This document shows positions 36,453 to 46,704 of a DNA stretch of 63,760 bases, piece by piece. A model generated the notes under the pieces. The model saw only the letters and a list, made by a program, of their open reading frames with translations. It made no database searches and was not told the DNA's origin. The stretch's first letter is position 1, and each line of letters begins with the position of its first letter. Source of the DNA: a bacterium (GTDB lineage Bacteria; Actinomycetota; Acidimicrobiia; Spongiisociales; JAHEDJ01). The translations under genes and the position numbers were made by a program. Location of the stretch: the NCBI GenBank assembly GCA_024641325.1, contig JAHEDJ010000008.1, positions 1 to 63,760 on the forward strand, in the 5' to 3' direction.

Positions 36453-37914
36453 CTCCGGGGCAACAGTTGATCTGCTGGCCAAATCGGTAGGAGCACTGCT
36501 GGTCGGCGACCCGAACGTTGAGGTTTCCGATGTTGTGCACGACAGTCGCCGGGCGACTTCCGGAGCTCTCTTTGTGGCAATTCGAGGTTTGACCACCGAC
36601 GGGCACCGTTTCATCGACCAGGCGATAACAGGAGGCGCATCGGCCTTGTGCGTCGAAGAGGCAGTGGATGATTGCCCGGTTCCCCAGATCGTTGTTGACG
36701 ATTCGAGGGCGGTTCTCGGTCACCTGGCCGCCCAGGTACACGGGCGGCCGTCCTCGCAGCTGCGGGTGGTCGGTGTCACCGGCACCAACGGCAAGACGAC
36801 CGTTACCTATCTGCTCGAGTCCATCATCAAGGCGGGCGGAGCGATTGCCGGGCGCATCGGCACTACCGGCGCGTCGGTGGCCGGTCGGTCGATACGCTTG
36901 GAGCGGACCACTCCCGAGGCATCCGATTTTCAGCGGCTCCTCGCCGAAATGCTCGAGGCAGGTGCAGACGTTGTGGCTGCCGAGGTTTCGTCCCATGCGA
37001 TGGCGCTCGACCGGGTTGACGCCGTGTCGTTCGCGGTTGCCGCGTTTACGAATCTGTCGCAGGACCATCTCGACTTCCACGGAGACATGGATAGCTACTT
37101 CGCGGCCAAGGCGCTTCTCTTCGACAAGCTGCGAACGAAGCGGGCTGTGATCAACGTCGATGATCCACGCGGTGCGCTCCTGGCCGGCATGATCGATGTT
37201 CCTGTACTGGCCGTTGGAAGCGACGTTCGAGCATCCGAAGTGGAATTGACACCGGAGGGCACTCGGTTTCGACTGGTCACACCTATTGGATCTTCGATTG
37301 TGTCCTTGCCGCTGGCCGGAGAGTTCAACGTATCCAACGCGCTGGTTGCGGCCGGATGCGCGATTGAGCTGGGCATCGACCTGGAGTCGGTCACCAGAGG
37401 ATTGGAATCCGTTGGTCAGATCCCCGGACGCTACGAAATCGTCCCCGGTCCGGAACGCTTCACAGCAGTCGTCGATTACGCACACACACCTGATGGTGTG
37501 CGCACCGTTATTGCAGCGGCGCGTGCGCTTGGCTCCGGTGCTATCACCGTCGTTCTGGGAGCAGGTGGCGATCGGGACCGCTCCAAGCGTCCGGCAATGG
37601 GCGCCGCCGCCTCGACTGCCGACCGGTTCATTCTGACTTCAGACAACCCGAGATCTGAGTCACCCGGTGCGATCATCGATTCGGTGCGCGCAGGCGTAGA
37701 CACGGACGCAGTCGAGTTGATCGTCGAGGCCGATCGTCGCCTGGCCATCCGCTGCGCCCTCGCTGCGGCAGGCGATGGCGACACCGTCCTCGTGCTCGGC
37801 AAGGGCCACGAACAGGGCCAGGAGATCGACGGTCGAATTCTCGAGTTCGACGACCGCAAGGTAGTCGCCGACGAACTTGCCTGGATCGAGGAGACTCCAT
37901 GCTCGCCTTGCTGA
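36445..37914 (+). CDS. murE: UDP-MurNAc-tripeptide synthetase (DAP-adding)
   Basis: GVTGTNGKTT, TTPE, EVSSH, DHLDFH, VDYAHTP and DNPR (DAP-type) motifs. Confidence 0.95.
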   Translation: MSNSGATVDLLAKSVGALLVGDPNVEVSDVVHDSRRATSGALFVAIRGLTTDGHRFIDQAITGGASALCVEEAVDDCPVPQIVVDDSRAVLGHLAAQVHGRPSSQLRVVGVTGTNGKTTVTYLLESIIKAGGAIAGRIGTTGASVAGRSIRLERTTPEASDFQRLLAEMLEAGADVVAAEVSSHAMALDRVDAVSFAVAAFTNLSQDHLDFHGDMDSYFAAKALLFDKLRTKRAVINVDDPRGALLAGMIDVPVLAVGSDVRASEVELTPEGTRFRLVTPIGSSIVSLPLAGEFNVSNALVAAGCAIELGIDLESVTRGLESVGQIPGRYEIVPGPERFTAVVDYAHTPDGVRTVIAAARALGSGAITVVLGAGGDRDRSKRPAMGAAASTADRFILTSDNPRSESPGAIIDSVRAGVDTDAVELIVEADRRLAIRCALAAAGDGDTVLVLGKGHEQGQEIDGRILEFDDRKVVADELAWIEETPCSPC

Positions 37915-38981
37915 GCTCGGCTGCCGTTGCCTTTGGCGTTTCGATCCTGGGAACTCCGTACGCCATCAGGTTCTTGCGAAGGCGCAACATCGGCCAATTC
38001 ATTCAAGAGGAAGTGGAAGGCCACTCGCACAAGCGCGGCACGCCCACGATGGGTGGCGTCGTCATCGTGGCCGCCGTGCTCATCGCCTACTCGCTCTCTC
38101 ATGTCTCCTTCTGGAGCCAGCAAACCGGATTCGGATTCAACGTCCATGGGTTCAGGGCAGGTGGGCTACTCGTAGCATTCGCCTTCGTCGGCATGGCTTT
38201 GATCGGGTTCGTTGACGACTACCGGAAGGTCACCCGCGAACGCAACCTCGGTCTTGGAAAAGCTGCCAAATTCGGTGGCCAGCTGGCGATTGCAGGTGTG
38301 TTCGCCTGGTGGGCCGTCGAGGCCGGAGTGGCAACCGAGATCGGGTTTACCCGGTCCCTCGGAATCAACCTCGGTCTCGCATACTTCATCTGGGTCCTGC
38401 TGATGCTGACCGCCACTGCCAATGCGGTGAACATTACGGATGGACTCGACGGTTTGGTATCCGGTTCGGGAGCGTTGGTCTTCGGTGCATACACGATCAT
38501 CTTGTTCTGGATCTCTCGAAACGACTCCTTCTACGGTCGATTCCTCGCCAACGAGTTGAGCGCATTGGAGCTGGCGATCTTCGCCGCCGCGCTGTTCGGC
38601 GCGCTTCTCGGCTTCCTCTGGTGGAACACGGCGCCGGCCAAGATCTTTATGGGGGATGTCGGCTCGCAATCGATAGGCGGGGCGCTGGCTGCACTCGCCC
38701 TGATCTCGAACACCGATCTGCTGCTTCTGATACTGGGTGGCCTATACGTGGTGGAGACGCTCACCGTGATCATTCAGGTCGCGAGCTTTCGAGGTTTCGG
38801 TCGACGGGTGTTCCGCATGACTCCGATCCACCACCACTTTGAACTGATCGGTTGGCCGGAGACGACGATCATTGTGCGTTTCTGGATACTGGCGGCGCTC
38901 GGCATCGCGCTCGCCCTCGGATTCTTCTACGGAGATTTCATCACCAACGGCGGTATCGAGCTAGGACGGGGAGCGATCTAA
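37899..38981 (+). CDS. mraY: Phospho-MurNAc-pentapeptide transferase
   Basis: KRGTPTMGG, GFVDD, NITDGLDGL, IFMGDVGS and PIHHHFE motifs. Confidence 0.96.
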   Translation: MLALLSSAAVAFGVSILGTPYAIRFLRRRNIGQFIQEEVEGHSHKRGTPTMGGVVIVAAVLIAYSLSHVSFWSQQTGFGFNVHGFRAGGLLVAFAFVGMALIGFVDDYRKVTRERNLGLGKAAKFGGQLAIAGVFAWWAVEAGVATEIGFTRSLGINLGLAYFIWVLLMLTATANAVNITDGLDGLVSGSGALVFGAYTIILFWISRNDSFYGRFLANELSALELAIFAAALFGALLGFLWWNTAPAKIFMGDVGSQSIGGALAALALISNTDLLLLILGGLYVVETLTVIIQVASFRGFGRRVFRMTPIHHHFELIGWPETTIIVRFWILAALGIALALGFFYGDFITNGGIELGRGAI

Positions 38982-40270
38982 TGCGGATGCTCGTGCTTGG
39001 AGGCGCTGTCTCTGGCCGCGGAGCCGTTCGACTCGCCGAGCGGCTCGGGTACGAGGTTGCCGTCTACGACCGCGACCCCGCCGCGCTGGCCGATCTCTCC
39101 AACCTGCCCACCTTCGACTCCGAATGGCGACCGGAATGGCTCAGCGGCATCGACGTAGTCGTAACCAGTCCCGGCATTCCCGAACATTCCGCACCAATTA
39201 CGTCCGCGCTGAGCGCCGGCGTAACGGTCTGGGGAGAACTCGAGTTCGCGGCGCGCCACCTCTCCGCACCGATCGTGGCCATCACAGGAACCAACGGCAA
39301 GACAACGGTCACGACTCTTGTCGCCGACATGCTCAACGCGTCCGGGCTGCAGGCAACCGCGGCCGGGAACATCGGAACCGCCCTCGCCGACATTGTCGGG
39401 AGTACCCCCGATGTGATAGTCGTCGAGGCGTCCAGTTTTCAGCTTCGATTCATCGATAGCTTCACTCCAGATCTGGCGGTGCTCTTGAACATCGCTCCGG
39501 ACCATCTCGACTGGCATCAGACCTTCGATAACTACCGGCAGGCGAAAGCGAACATCGTGCGGAACGTCGGACCCGAGGTGCCCTTGGTTTTCGATGTCGA
39601 TGATTCGGAGGCCAGTCTGGTCGCCGGCCGCTCACGCGCTCGTCTGGTGCCGGTGAGCGGCAAGGCTCGCACCGACGGAGGGTGGGGGGTGGAGGGCGGC
39701 CGCCTGCTGCTCAATGGTCTCGACCTGTCCCTGGATGAGGTGCCCGTCGGCGATCCTTCGTTCTTGCTCGACCTGGCGGCGGCGGGTGCCGCCGCCTTGC
39801 TCGCCGGTGCTAATACGGCCGCGGTGCGCGATGTCATCACCGCCTTCGAGCCGGTGCGCCATCGTCGAACCATCGTCGGTACCTGGCGAGACGTCATGTG
39901 GATCGACGACTCCAAGGCGACTAATCCCCATTCGGCTCTGGCCGCCGTTGCTGCGTACCCGTCGGTGGTGCTCATAGCCGGAGGCCGGAACAAAGCGCTA
40001 GATCTCGCGCCGATCGTGCGTCATCCGAATGTCCGGTCGGTCGTTGCGATTGGCGAGGCTGCTGATGAAATCATCGGCGCCGCCCTCCATATTCCGTCCG
40101 TGCGGGCTAGCTCGATGAGTGAGGCGGTCGCAGTCGCCGCGTCGATGGCCGGCTCCGGAGACGCGGTTCTGCTTGCTCCCGGATGCGCCAGTTTCGACAT
40201 GTTCGATTCGTATGCACACCGCGGAGAGGTGTTCCGACAGGCCGTGCTCGAGCTGGAGGAGGGAGAATGA
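38981..40270 (+). CDS. murD: UDP-MurNAc-L-Ala:D-Glu ligase
   Basis: SPGI, AITGTNGKTT, SSFQL, DHLDWH, DDSKATN and PGCASFDMF motifs. Confidence 0.95.
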   Translation: MRMLVLGGAVSGRGAVRLAERLGYEVAVYDRDPAALADLSNLPTFDSEWRPEWLSGIDVVVTSPGIPEHSAPITSALSAGVTVWGELEFAARHLSAPIVAITGTNGKTTVTTLVADMLNASGLQATAAGNIGTALADIVGSTPDVIVVEASSFQLRFIDSFTPDLAVLLNIAPDHLDWHQTFDNYRQAKANIVRNVGPEVPLVFDVDDSEASLVAGRSRARLVPVSGKARTDGGWGVEGGRLLLNGLDLSLDEVPVGDPSFLLDLAAAGAAALLAGANTAAVRDVITAFEPVRHRRTIVGTWRDVMWIDDSKATNPHSALAAVAAYPSVVLIAGGRNKALDLAPIVRHPNVRSVVAIGEAADEIIGAALHIPSVRASSMSEAVAVAASMAGSGDAVLLAPGCASFDMFDSYAHRGEVFRQAVLELEEGE

Positions 40271-41442
40271 CCACCAAGGTCACATCGATCGCGGGAGCCA
40301 GGTCTGCCGCTCGCCGGCACGTCGCTACCGCTGAAATCAATACTCGCCTCACCGTGCTGTTCAGTCTGGCGGTCGGGCTGCTCCTCGTGATAGGTCTCGG
40401 CGCCATGCGCAGCGCTTCGTCCGTCGTCGGCCTCGAACAGGAGGGAAATGGTTGGGCCTTCTTCACACGACAGTTGATCGCGATGGGATTCGGGGCAGTC
40501 GTCATGATCGTTGCCGCCCGTGTTCCGTATGCCTGGTACCGCAAGACGGCTCTGCCGATCTTCCTGGTTTCGAGTGCCGGTCTGCTGGCGGTCTTGCTGA
40601 TAGGCGATCGCGACTATGGAAGCCAGCGCTGGATCGACCTCGGGTTCACGGAGTTTCAGCCGTCGGAGTTTGCCAAGTTCGCCACCATCGTTGCCCTTGC
40701 AGCGGTTATGGCTAAAAAGGAACGTCGACTCGACGATGTCTGGCATTTCGTCGTCCCCGTCGCAACGATCGTGGGATCTACATGCCTCTTCATCATGCTC
40801 GAACCCGACCTCGGCACCACGCTGATCATTGCTGCCGCGGCATTCGCAATTCTGGCCGTTTCCGCCTCGCCACTTCGCTATGTGACGATGACCGGGATCG
40901 TGGGAGCGATCAGCGCTCTGGCGCTTGCCTACGCTTCTGACTATCGGTTTGCCCGGGTGACGGCGTTCCTGGACCCATATGCTGATGAACTGGGAGACGG
41001 CTACCAGGTTCTGCAGGGTCTGGGTGCACTCGGTACCGGTGGAACATTCGGGGTGGGGCTCGGTGCGAGCCGTACAAGGTGGGGATGGGTCCCCAACGCC
41101 CACACCGACTTCATCTTCGCGATTATCGGCGAGGAGATCGGTTTCGCAGGTGGACTGGTCATAGTCGCTCTGTTCGCTCTCATCGCAGTAGTCGGATTGA
41201 TAGTGGCCTTTCGAGCGCCGGATCGATTCGGCCGTTTCCTGGCGGTGGGTATCACGGTCTGGATCACCGCCCAGGCTGTCGTGAACATAGGGGGAGTTGT
41301 GCAGGCGATGCCGATCACCGGCATGCCTCTGCCGTTCATCTCTTTCGGCGGGACGGCACTGGTGATGGCGATGGGAGCGGCGGGAGTACTCATCAACGTC
41401 GCGCGTAGTGGCGTTGCGTCCTCTCGAAGAAGAAGTCGATGA
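40267..41442 (+). CDS. ftsW: SEDS peptidoglycan polymerase
   Basis: QRWI, FQPSEFAK, EPDLG, HTDFIFAIIGEE and LPFISFGG motifs. Confidence 0.95.
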   Translation: MTTKVTSIAGARSAARRHVATAEINTRLTVLFSLAVGLLLVIGLGAMRSASSVVGLEQEGNGWAFFTRQLIAMGFGAVVMIVAARVPYAWYRKTALPIFLVSSAGLLAVLLIGDRDYGSQRWIDLGFTEFQPSEFAKFATIVALAAVMAKKERRLDDVWHFVVPVATIVGSTCLFIMLEPDLGTTLIIAAAAFAILAVSASPLRYVTMTGIVGAISALALAYASDYRFARVTAFLDPYADELGDGYQVLQGLGALGTGGTFGVGLGASRTRWGWVPNAHTDFIFAIIGEEIGFAGGLVIVALFALIAVVGLIVAFRAPDRFGRFLAVGITVWITAQAVVNIGGVVQAMPITGMPLPFISFGGTALVMAMGAAGVLINVARSGVASSRRRSR

Positions 41443-42518
41443 CGTATGCAATCGCCGCGGCCGGAACGGGCGGTCACGTCTATCCGGGCCTCGCCGTCGG
41501 CGAGCAACTGGTTGCCGACGGTGTCGCTCGCTCAGACGTGCTGTTCATCGGAGGAGACCGCCTGGCGGCCACGGTCTTTCCCGCGGCCGGGTTCCCTTAT
41601 CTGAAGCTCGAGGTTCGGGGGCTCAGCCGCAGCCTCAGCCTGAAGAATCTGGCCTTGCCGCTTGTCGTAGCACGAGCAACAAGACGCGCCTCCTCCGAGT
41701 TGCGCGCCCGCGACGTCCGGGTCGTGCTCGGAATGGGCAGCTACACCTCGGTCCCGGTTGGTCTCGCGGCCAGGCGTCGACGGACACCCTTCTATCTTCA
41801 TGAGCAGAACGCGCACGCCGGACTCGCAAACCGGATGATGGGTCGATTGGCGGTGACCACTTTCACCTCCTTTGAGCAAACCGAGGGTGCGGTCCGGCCG
41901 CTTCATGTGGGCAACCCCATTCGGGGAGATCTCGCGAAGTTCAGTCGGATCGAGCTCAGGAGGGCTGCCTTCGATAGATACGGCCTCGAGCCGGGGCGCG
42001 TGACGATCGGTGTCGTCGGAGGCAGTCTCGGCGCCCGCGCGATCAATCGGGCTGTGATCGCGGCCATGTCGGAATGGGATGATCCACCCATTCAACTCGT
42101 ACATCTGGCGGGCCGCGATCATGTTGAGGAGGTGGCAGCGGCTGCGGAGAGATCTGAGGTTCCCTGGGTCGTGATCGAGTTCGAGTCCGAGATGCAGTTC
42201 TTCTTCGCGGCCATCGACGTCGTGGTGGCTCGTGCCGGCGGCATGGTGGCCGAGATGACGGCTACCGGGACGCCGGCCATTCTCATTCCAGGCGGGTTTG
42301 GATCCGGAGGTCACCAGGACGCTAATTCCCGCGCCGTCGAGAGGGCCGGCGCTGCTGTGTGCCTGGGCGAGGACCGGCTAGACGAGCTACGCGATCTGAT
42401 CGCGCAACTCGCCAGCGACCCCGCAGGACGGCGCGGGATGTCCGCTGCCGCGCATGCCATCGCCAGGCCGCAGGCAGCTGCCACAATCGCGGCTGAACTC
42501 AGGCGGGCACATGGTTGA
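41439..42518 (+). CDS. murG: Lipid II GlcNAc transferase
   Basis: AGTGGHVYP, HEQN, GNPIR, GGSLGA and HQDAN motifs. Confidence 0.95.
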   Translation: MTYAIAAAGTGGHVYPGLAVGEQLVADGVARSDVLFIGGDRLAATVFPAAGFPYLKLEVRGLSRSLSLKNLALPLVVARATRRASSELRARDVRVVLGMGSYTSVPVGLAARRRRTPFYLHEQNAHAGLANRMMGRLAVTTFTSFEQTEGAVRPLHVGNPIRGDLAKFSRIELRRAAFDRYGLEPGRVTIGVVGGSLGARAINRAVIAAMSEWDDPPIQLVHLAGRDHVEEVAAAAERSEVPWVVIEFESEMQFFFAAIDVVVARAGGMVAEMTATGTPAILIPGGFGSGGHQDANSRAVERAGAAVCLGEDRLDELRDLIAQLASDPAGRRGMSAAAHAIARPQAAATIAAELRRAHG

Positions 42519-43881
42519 TCTCGAGACATCGAAGCGAATACACATAATCGGCGTTGCCGGCGCAGGGATGAGCGCTCTGGCAAAACTGCTCTCACAACTC
42601 GGCCACGAGGTGTCCGGGTCGGATCTCAAAGCAGGTCCCGTTCTTGACCTGCTCGACGGTATCGGGGTTAGAACATGGACCGGTAGCCGGCCGAACGCCG
42701 TCGTTGGAGCCGATCTAGTAGTGGCTTCGTCGGCAGTCCCGGATCACGATCCGGAGGTTGCAGCGGCCCAGGAGCACGGAACGCCGGTCTGGCGGCGGCC
42801 GGCGCTGCTGGAGGCCATGACCCGTTCGATGCCCGCCGTAGGCGCAACCGGCACTCACGGAAAGACATCGACGACCGCGATGCTGATATCGATGCTGCGT
42901 TCTCTCGACCAAGATCCGTCGTTTGTTGTCGGCGGGGAACTCATCGACCTTCGAACCAACGCACATCTCGGTCGGCGCTCACCCTTCGTGATCGAGGCCG
43001 ACGAGGCATTTCGTACATTCGAGTCGCTTCACTTGCAGGGTCTCGTCGTCACGAACGTCGAAGCGGATCACCTCGATCACTTCGGCTCCGTGTATGAGAT
43101 GGAAGACTCCTTCGCCGAAGTGGTGCGGGCAGTCGATGGACCTGCTCTCATCGGCATCGATGATGCCGGGGGGCGCCGTCTAGCTGAACGTACCGGCCGG
43201 CCGACCTACGGCACGGATTCAGCAGCAACATGGCACATCACCGAGGTCGAGGAGCGTTCTATGTCGGTCACGTTTCGGCTCGCCGGCCCAGGATTCGACG
43301 AGTCCGTCACAGTCTCACGACCGGGTCTGCATACCGCCCGGAACGCCTCCGGGGCGATCGCTCTGCTCTCGGAGCTCGGGTTCGACGCAATCGAGGCTGC
43401 GCGAGCTCTCCGCGAGTTCGCCGGAATCCACAGGCGGTTCGAAGTGCGGGCAACGATCGGAGGAGTGACGATCATCGACGACTACGCCCACCATCCCACC
43501 GAGGTTGCCGCCACCGTCCGTACCGCCCTGCACGGAGACTGGGAGCGGGTGTGGGCGGTGTTCCAACCGCATCTGTACAGCAGGACCGAGACGCTTCAGC
43601 GCGAGTTCGGACTGGCGATGTCTGGTTGCGATGTGATCGTGGTGACCGATGTGTTCGGCGCTCGCGAACTGCCCAGGCCGGGAGTGACCGGTGCCCTCGT
43701 CGCCGAAGCGGCGCGTGACCATACCGATGCCGAAGTGCACTATGTTCAGCACCGAAGCGACCTCGCCGTCTTCATTGCAGACCGCCTCCATCCCGGTGAC
43801 CTCGTTCTCACGATGGGAGCCGGTGATATCACGCTTCTTCCCGGCGAACTGGCAGGGGCCCTCTCACGGGATCCCATCTGA
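42511..43881 (+). CDS. murC: UDP-MurNAc:L-Ala ligase
   Basis: IGVAGAGMS, GTHGKTSTT, EADE, DDYAHHPTE and FQPHLYSRT motifs. Confidence 0.96.
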   Translation: MVDLETSKRIHIIGVAGAGMSALAKLLSQLGHEVSGSDLKAGPVLDLLDGIGVRTWTGSRPNAVVGADLVVASSAVPDHDPEVAAAQEHGTPVWRRPALLEAMTRSMPAVGATGTHGKTSTTAMLISMLRSLDQDPSFVVGGELIDLRTNAHLGRRSPFVIEADEAFRTFESLHLQGLVVTNVEADHLDHFGSVYEMEDSFAEVVRAVDGPALIGIDDAGGRRLAERTGRPTYGTDSAATWHITEVEERSMSVTFRLAGPGFDESVTVSRPGLHTARNASGAIALLSELGFDAIEAARALREFAGIHRRFEVRATIGGVTIIDDYAHHPTEVAATVRTALHGDWERVWAVFQPHLYSRTETLQREFGLAMSGCDVIVVTDVFGARELPRPGVTGALVAEAARDHTDAEVHYVQHRSDLAVFIADRLHPGDLVLTMGAGDITLLPGELAGALSRDPI

Positions 43882-44810
43882 TGGGCTCCTGGCGAGAGCT
43901 GGCAGACCGGAATCGGCTTCTCACCCACGTTCCGCTTGGCCCACTGACGACTTACAAGCTCGGAGGTCCCGCCCGCCTCATGGTCGAGGTTGAAGAACGT
44001 GACGATCTTGTTTCACTGGCGGCCGCCATCGAGGAGACACCACTACCGGTTCTCGTCCTCGGAAGAGGCAGCAATGTCTTGATTTCAGATCGTGGCTTCG
44101 ACGGTGTTGTCGTTCATCTCGGCACCGGTTTCTCGTGGGTGCGATGGCAGGAAGGTTTGGTGTCGGCCGGCGGATCAACGTCTTTGCCCAATCTGGCGCG
44201 GGCGGCGGCGAAGGCCGGGCAGGGCAACCTCGAGTTCTATGTGGGGATTCCTGGTTCGGTCGGCGGTGCGGTACGTATGAATGCCGGATGTCACGGATCT
44301 GAGACTGCCGACGTCCTCGAGAAGGCCGAGGTGTTCGACTTGCTGGACGGAACGCAATCTGCCCGTTCTCCGCTCGACCTGCAACTCGGCTACCGGCAGT
44401 CGAATCTCGGAGACCTCGAAGTCGTCGTATCCGCCAGCTACCACACGGTCCCTGTGGAACCAGACGTTGCCGAAGGCGTGATGCGCGAGGTCGGCAGGTG
44501 GCGGAAGGAGCACCAACCGGGTGGCACGCTGAACGCCGGAAGCGTGTTCAAGAATCCTCCCGGCGACGCAGCCGGCCGCATCATCGACGAGGCCGGCCTC
44601 AAGGGCTACACGGTCGGCAGGGTTTCGGTGTCGCAGAAGCACGGCAACTTCTTCGTGGCCGAACGCACCGCGACGGCCCAGGATGTGCATGATCTGGTGA
44701 TTGCGGTACGAGAGATCGTGCGCGAGCGGTCTGGGGTGGAACTAATTCCCGAAATCCGGTTTGTCGGCGACTTCGATGATGAGCCCGAGCCGCCCCCGGC
44801 GGAGGACTGA
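43881..44810 (+). CDS. murB: UDP-GlcNAc-enolpyruvate reductase
   Basis: TYKLGGPA, LGRGSN, GIPGSVGGA.RMNAG, GSVFKNP and KHGNF motifs. Confidence 0.95.
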   Translation: MGSWRELADRNRLLTHVPLGPLTTYKLGGPARLMVEVEERDDLVSLAAAIEETPLPVLVLGRGSNVLISDRGFDGVVVHLGTGFSWVRWQEGLVSAGGSTSLPNLARAAAKAGQGNLEFYVGIPGSVGGAVRMNAGCHGSETADVLEKAEVFDLLDGTQSARSPLDLQLGYRQSNLGDLEVVVSASYHTVPVEPDVAEGVMREVGRWRKEHQPGGTLNAGSVFKNPPGDAAGRIIDEAGLKGYTVGRVSVSQKHGNFFVAERTATAQDVHDLVIAVREIVRERSGVELIPEIRFVGDFDDEPEPPPAED

Positions 44811-45544
44811 TGATCGATCCGAGGATGGATGAGCGCCGGCGGGCAGTCCTCGAAAGCGGAGCCAGGAGGGGAATTCGGCGTGCGCTGATCCTGTTGATCG
44901 TTGTCAGTTTGGGTGCCGGACTCGTATGGCTGCTGCAGTCACCTCTTCTGTCTGTGAGTGAGATCGAGGTGACCGGATCGCTCCGGCAAGACGTCCGTGA
45001 CGCCATAACCCGGGCCGGCATCGAAGAGGGCACGCCTCTCATTCTGGTTCGTATCGGGCGGGCAACCGACGAACTCGAAGCCCTTCCGTGGGTCAGAGCT
45101 GCCACAGTGAAGCGTGTGTTTCCCGATCGCATTGAGATTGCAGTCGATCAACGCCTCGCAGTTGCTTGGATGTGGACGTCCGGAACATTCGCAGTGCTGG
45201 ACATCGAAGGTGTCGTCCTGGAGTACGTTTCAGCAACCGCCGAAGGGGCTCCGGTCCTTCAGTTCGGTGCGCGGCAGATCGAGGTTGGAGGTCAACACAC
45301 GGACCCTTCCGTACTCGGCGGCATCGAGTTCGTCGCAGCAATCAACGGAGCGCTCTCGGGACTAGAACTGCGGGAAGAGGGGGGAGAGCTCTGGGGTTTC
45401 TTCAACGGCCATGAGATTCGTATGGGGCGTCCGGTAGAAATGGCAGCAAAAGCGGCGGCTCTAATGGCAGTGTTGGCAGACGGGCTCCCGACCGGGGCTT
45501 CGATCAACCTGATCGCACCTGCCCGGCCCGCAGTAACGCCATGA
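44810..45544 (+). CDS. ftsQ: Cell division protein FtsQ/DivIB
   Basis: Single TM plus POTRA domain (SPLLSVSEIEVTG...LPWV..A.VKRVFPD); lies before ftsZ. Confidence 0.88.
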   Translation: MIDPRMDERRRAVLESGARRGIRRALILLIVVSLGAGLVWLLQSPLLSVSEIEVTGSLRQDVRDAITRAGIEEGTPLILVRIGRATDELEALPWVRAATVKRVFPDRIEIAVDQRLAVAWMWTSGTFAVLDIEGVVLEYVSATAEGAPVLQFGARQIEVGGQHTDPSVLGGIEFVAAINGALSGLELREEGGELWGFFNGHEIRMGRPVEMAAKAAALMAVLADGLPTGASINLIAPARPAVTP

Positions 45545-45555
45545 CTTCTCAAACC

Positions 45556-45580
45556 AACCATCAAGCTGACGTAGAAGGTT
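45556..45580. promoter_or_regulatory. 25-bp imperfect inverted repeat upstream of ftsZ, FtsR-like operator candidate
   Basis: AACCATCAAGCTGACGTAGAAGGTT, with AACC.TC / GA.GGTT symmetry. Confidence 0.55.
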
Positions 45581-45654
45581 AGGCATTGGGTCTGGATTAG
45601 GCCGAGACATCAAGGTAAAGTTCACCCTGAACCCTTTTCGCTTGGAGCACAGCT

Positions 45655-46704
45655 ATGGCCAACAAGAATTTCTCTACGCCTCAGCACTACCTTGCCGTCA
45701 TCAAGGTGGTCGGCGTCGGTGGTGGCGGCGTGAACGCCGTCAACCGCATGATCACTGCGGGAGTGCGGGGCGTTGAGTTCATTGCGGTGAACACCGATGC
45801 CCAGGCGCTCTTGATGTCGGACGCCGATATCAAACTCGACCTCGGGCGTGACATCACACGCGGGTTAGGAGCCGGAGCCAACCCGGAGGTTGGCAGGGCA
45901 GCGTCGGAGGAGCACCGCGAGGAAATCGAAGAGGTGCTCAAGGGAGCCGACATGGTTTTCGTCACTGCCGGCGAGGGGGGCGGAACCGGTACCGGCGGTG
46001 CTCCGGTCGTGGCGGAGATTGCTCGCAATCTGGGCGCGCTCACGGTCGGTGTAGTCACCCGTCCATTCGGATTTGAAGGACGACGCAGGTCGCTGCAAGC
46101 CGAGCAAGGCATCCAGGACCTCCGAGAAGCAGTCGACACCTTGATCGTGATTCCGAACAATCGCTTGCTCGAGATCGCCGACGAGAAGACGCCGATCATT
46201 GAAGCGTTTCAGCTGGCCGATGAGGTGCTCACGAATGGCGTAGCCGGTATCACGGATCTCATCACCACACCCGGCCTGATCAACGTTGACTTCGCAGACG
46301 TCAAGACGGTGATGCAAGACGCCGGAACCGCTGTCATGGGCATCGGCAGAGGCTCGGGAGAGGACCGTGCATCGCAGGCTGCCAACCGGGCTATTGCGAG
46401 CCCTCTCCTCGAAACGTCGATGGAAGGAGCGCGAGGTGTTCTTCTGTCGGTGGCAGGTCCACCCAGCATGTCGCTCTATGAGGTCAACCAGGCGGCTTCT
46501 GCGGTGGCCGAGCATTGCGATGCCGATGCCGACATCATCTTCGGAGCAGTCGTCGATGATGCACTCGGCGAAGAGATCCGGGTCACTGTGATCGCGGCCG
46601 GCTTCGATCAGCGTCGGACGCGGGGCCTCGCGTCGGGGACCCTGTCCGGGCTCGCCAATCAGAAGGACGAGGATCTGGATATCCCGAGCTTCGTCCGGGG
46701 ATGA
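45655..46704 (+). CDS. ftsZ: Cell division protein FtsZ
   Basis: [26 protein letters not shown] and C-terminal LDIPSF. Confidence 0.98.
   Translation: MANKNFSTPQHYLAVIKVVGVGGGGVNAVNRMITAGVRGVEFIAVNTDAQALLMSDADIKLDLGRDITRGLGAGANPEVGRAASEEHREEIEEVLKGADMVFVTAGEGGGTGTGGAPVVAEIARNLGALTVGVVTRPFGFEGRRRSLQAEQGIQDLREAVDTLIVIPNNRLLEIADEKTPIIEAFQLADEVLTNGVAGITDLITTPGLINVDFADVKTVMQDAGTAVMGIGRGSGEDRASQAANRAIASPLLETSMEGARGVLLSVAGPPSMSLYEVNQAASAVAEHCDADADIIFGAVVDDALGEEIRVTVIAAGFDQRRTRGLASGTLSGLANQKDEDLDIPSFVRG

Noticed and set aside
45545-45654. Absence of ftsA as an anomaly
   Set aside because: Normal for actinobacteria, which use SepF.
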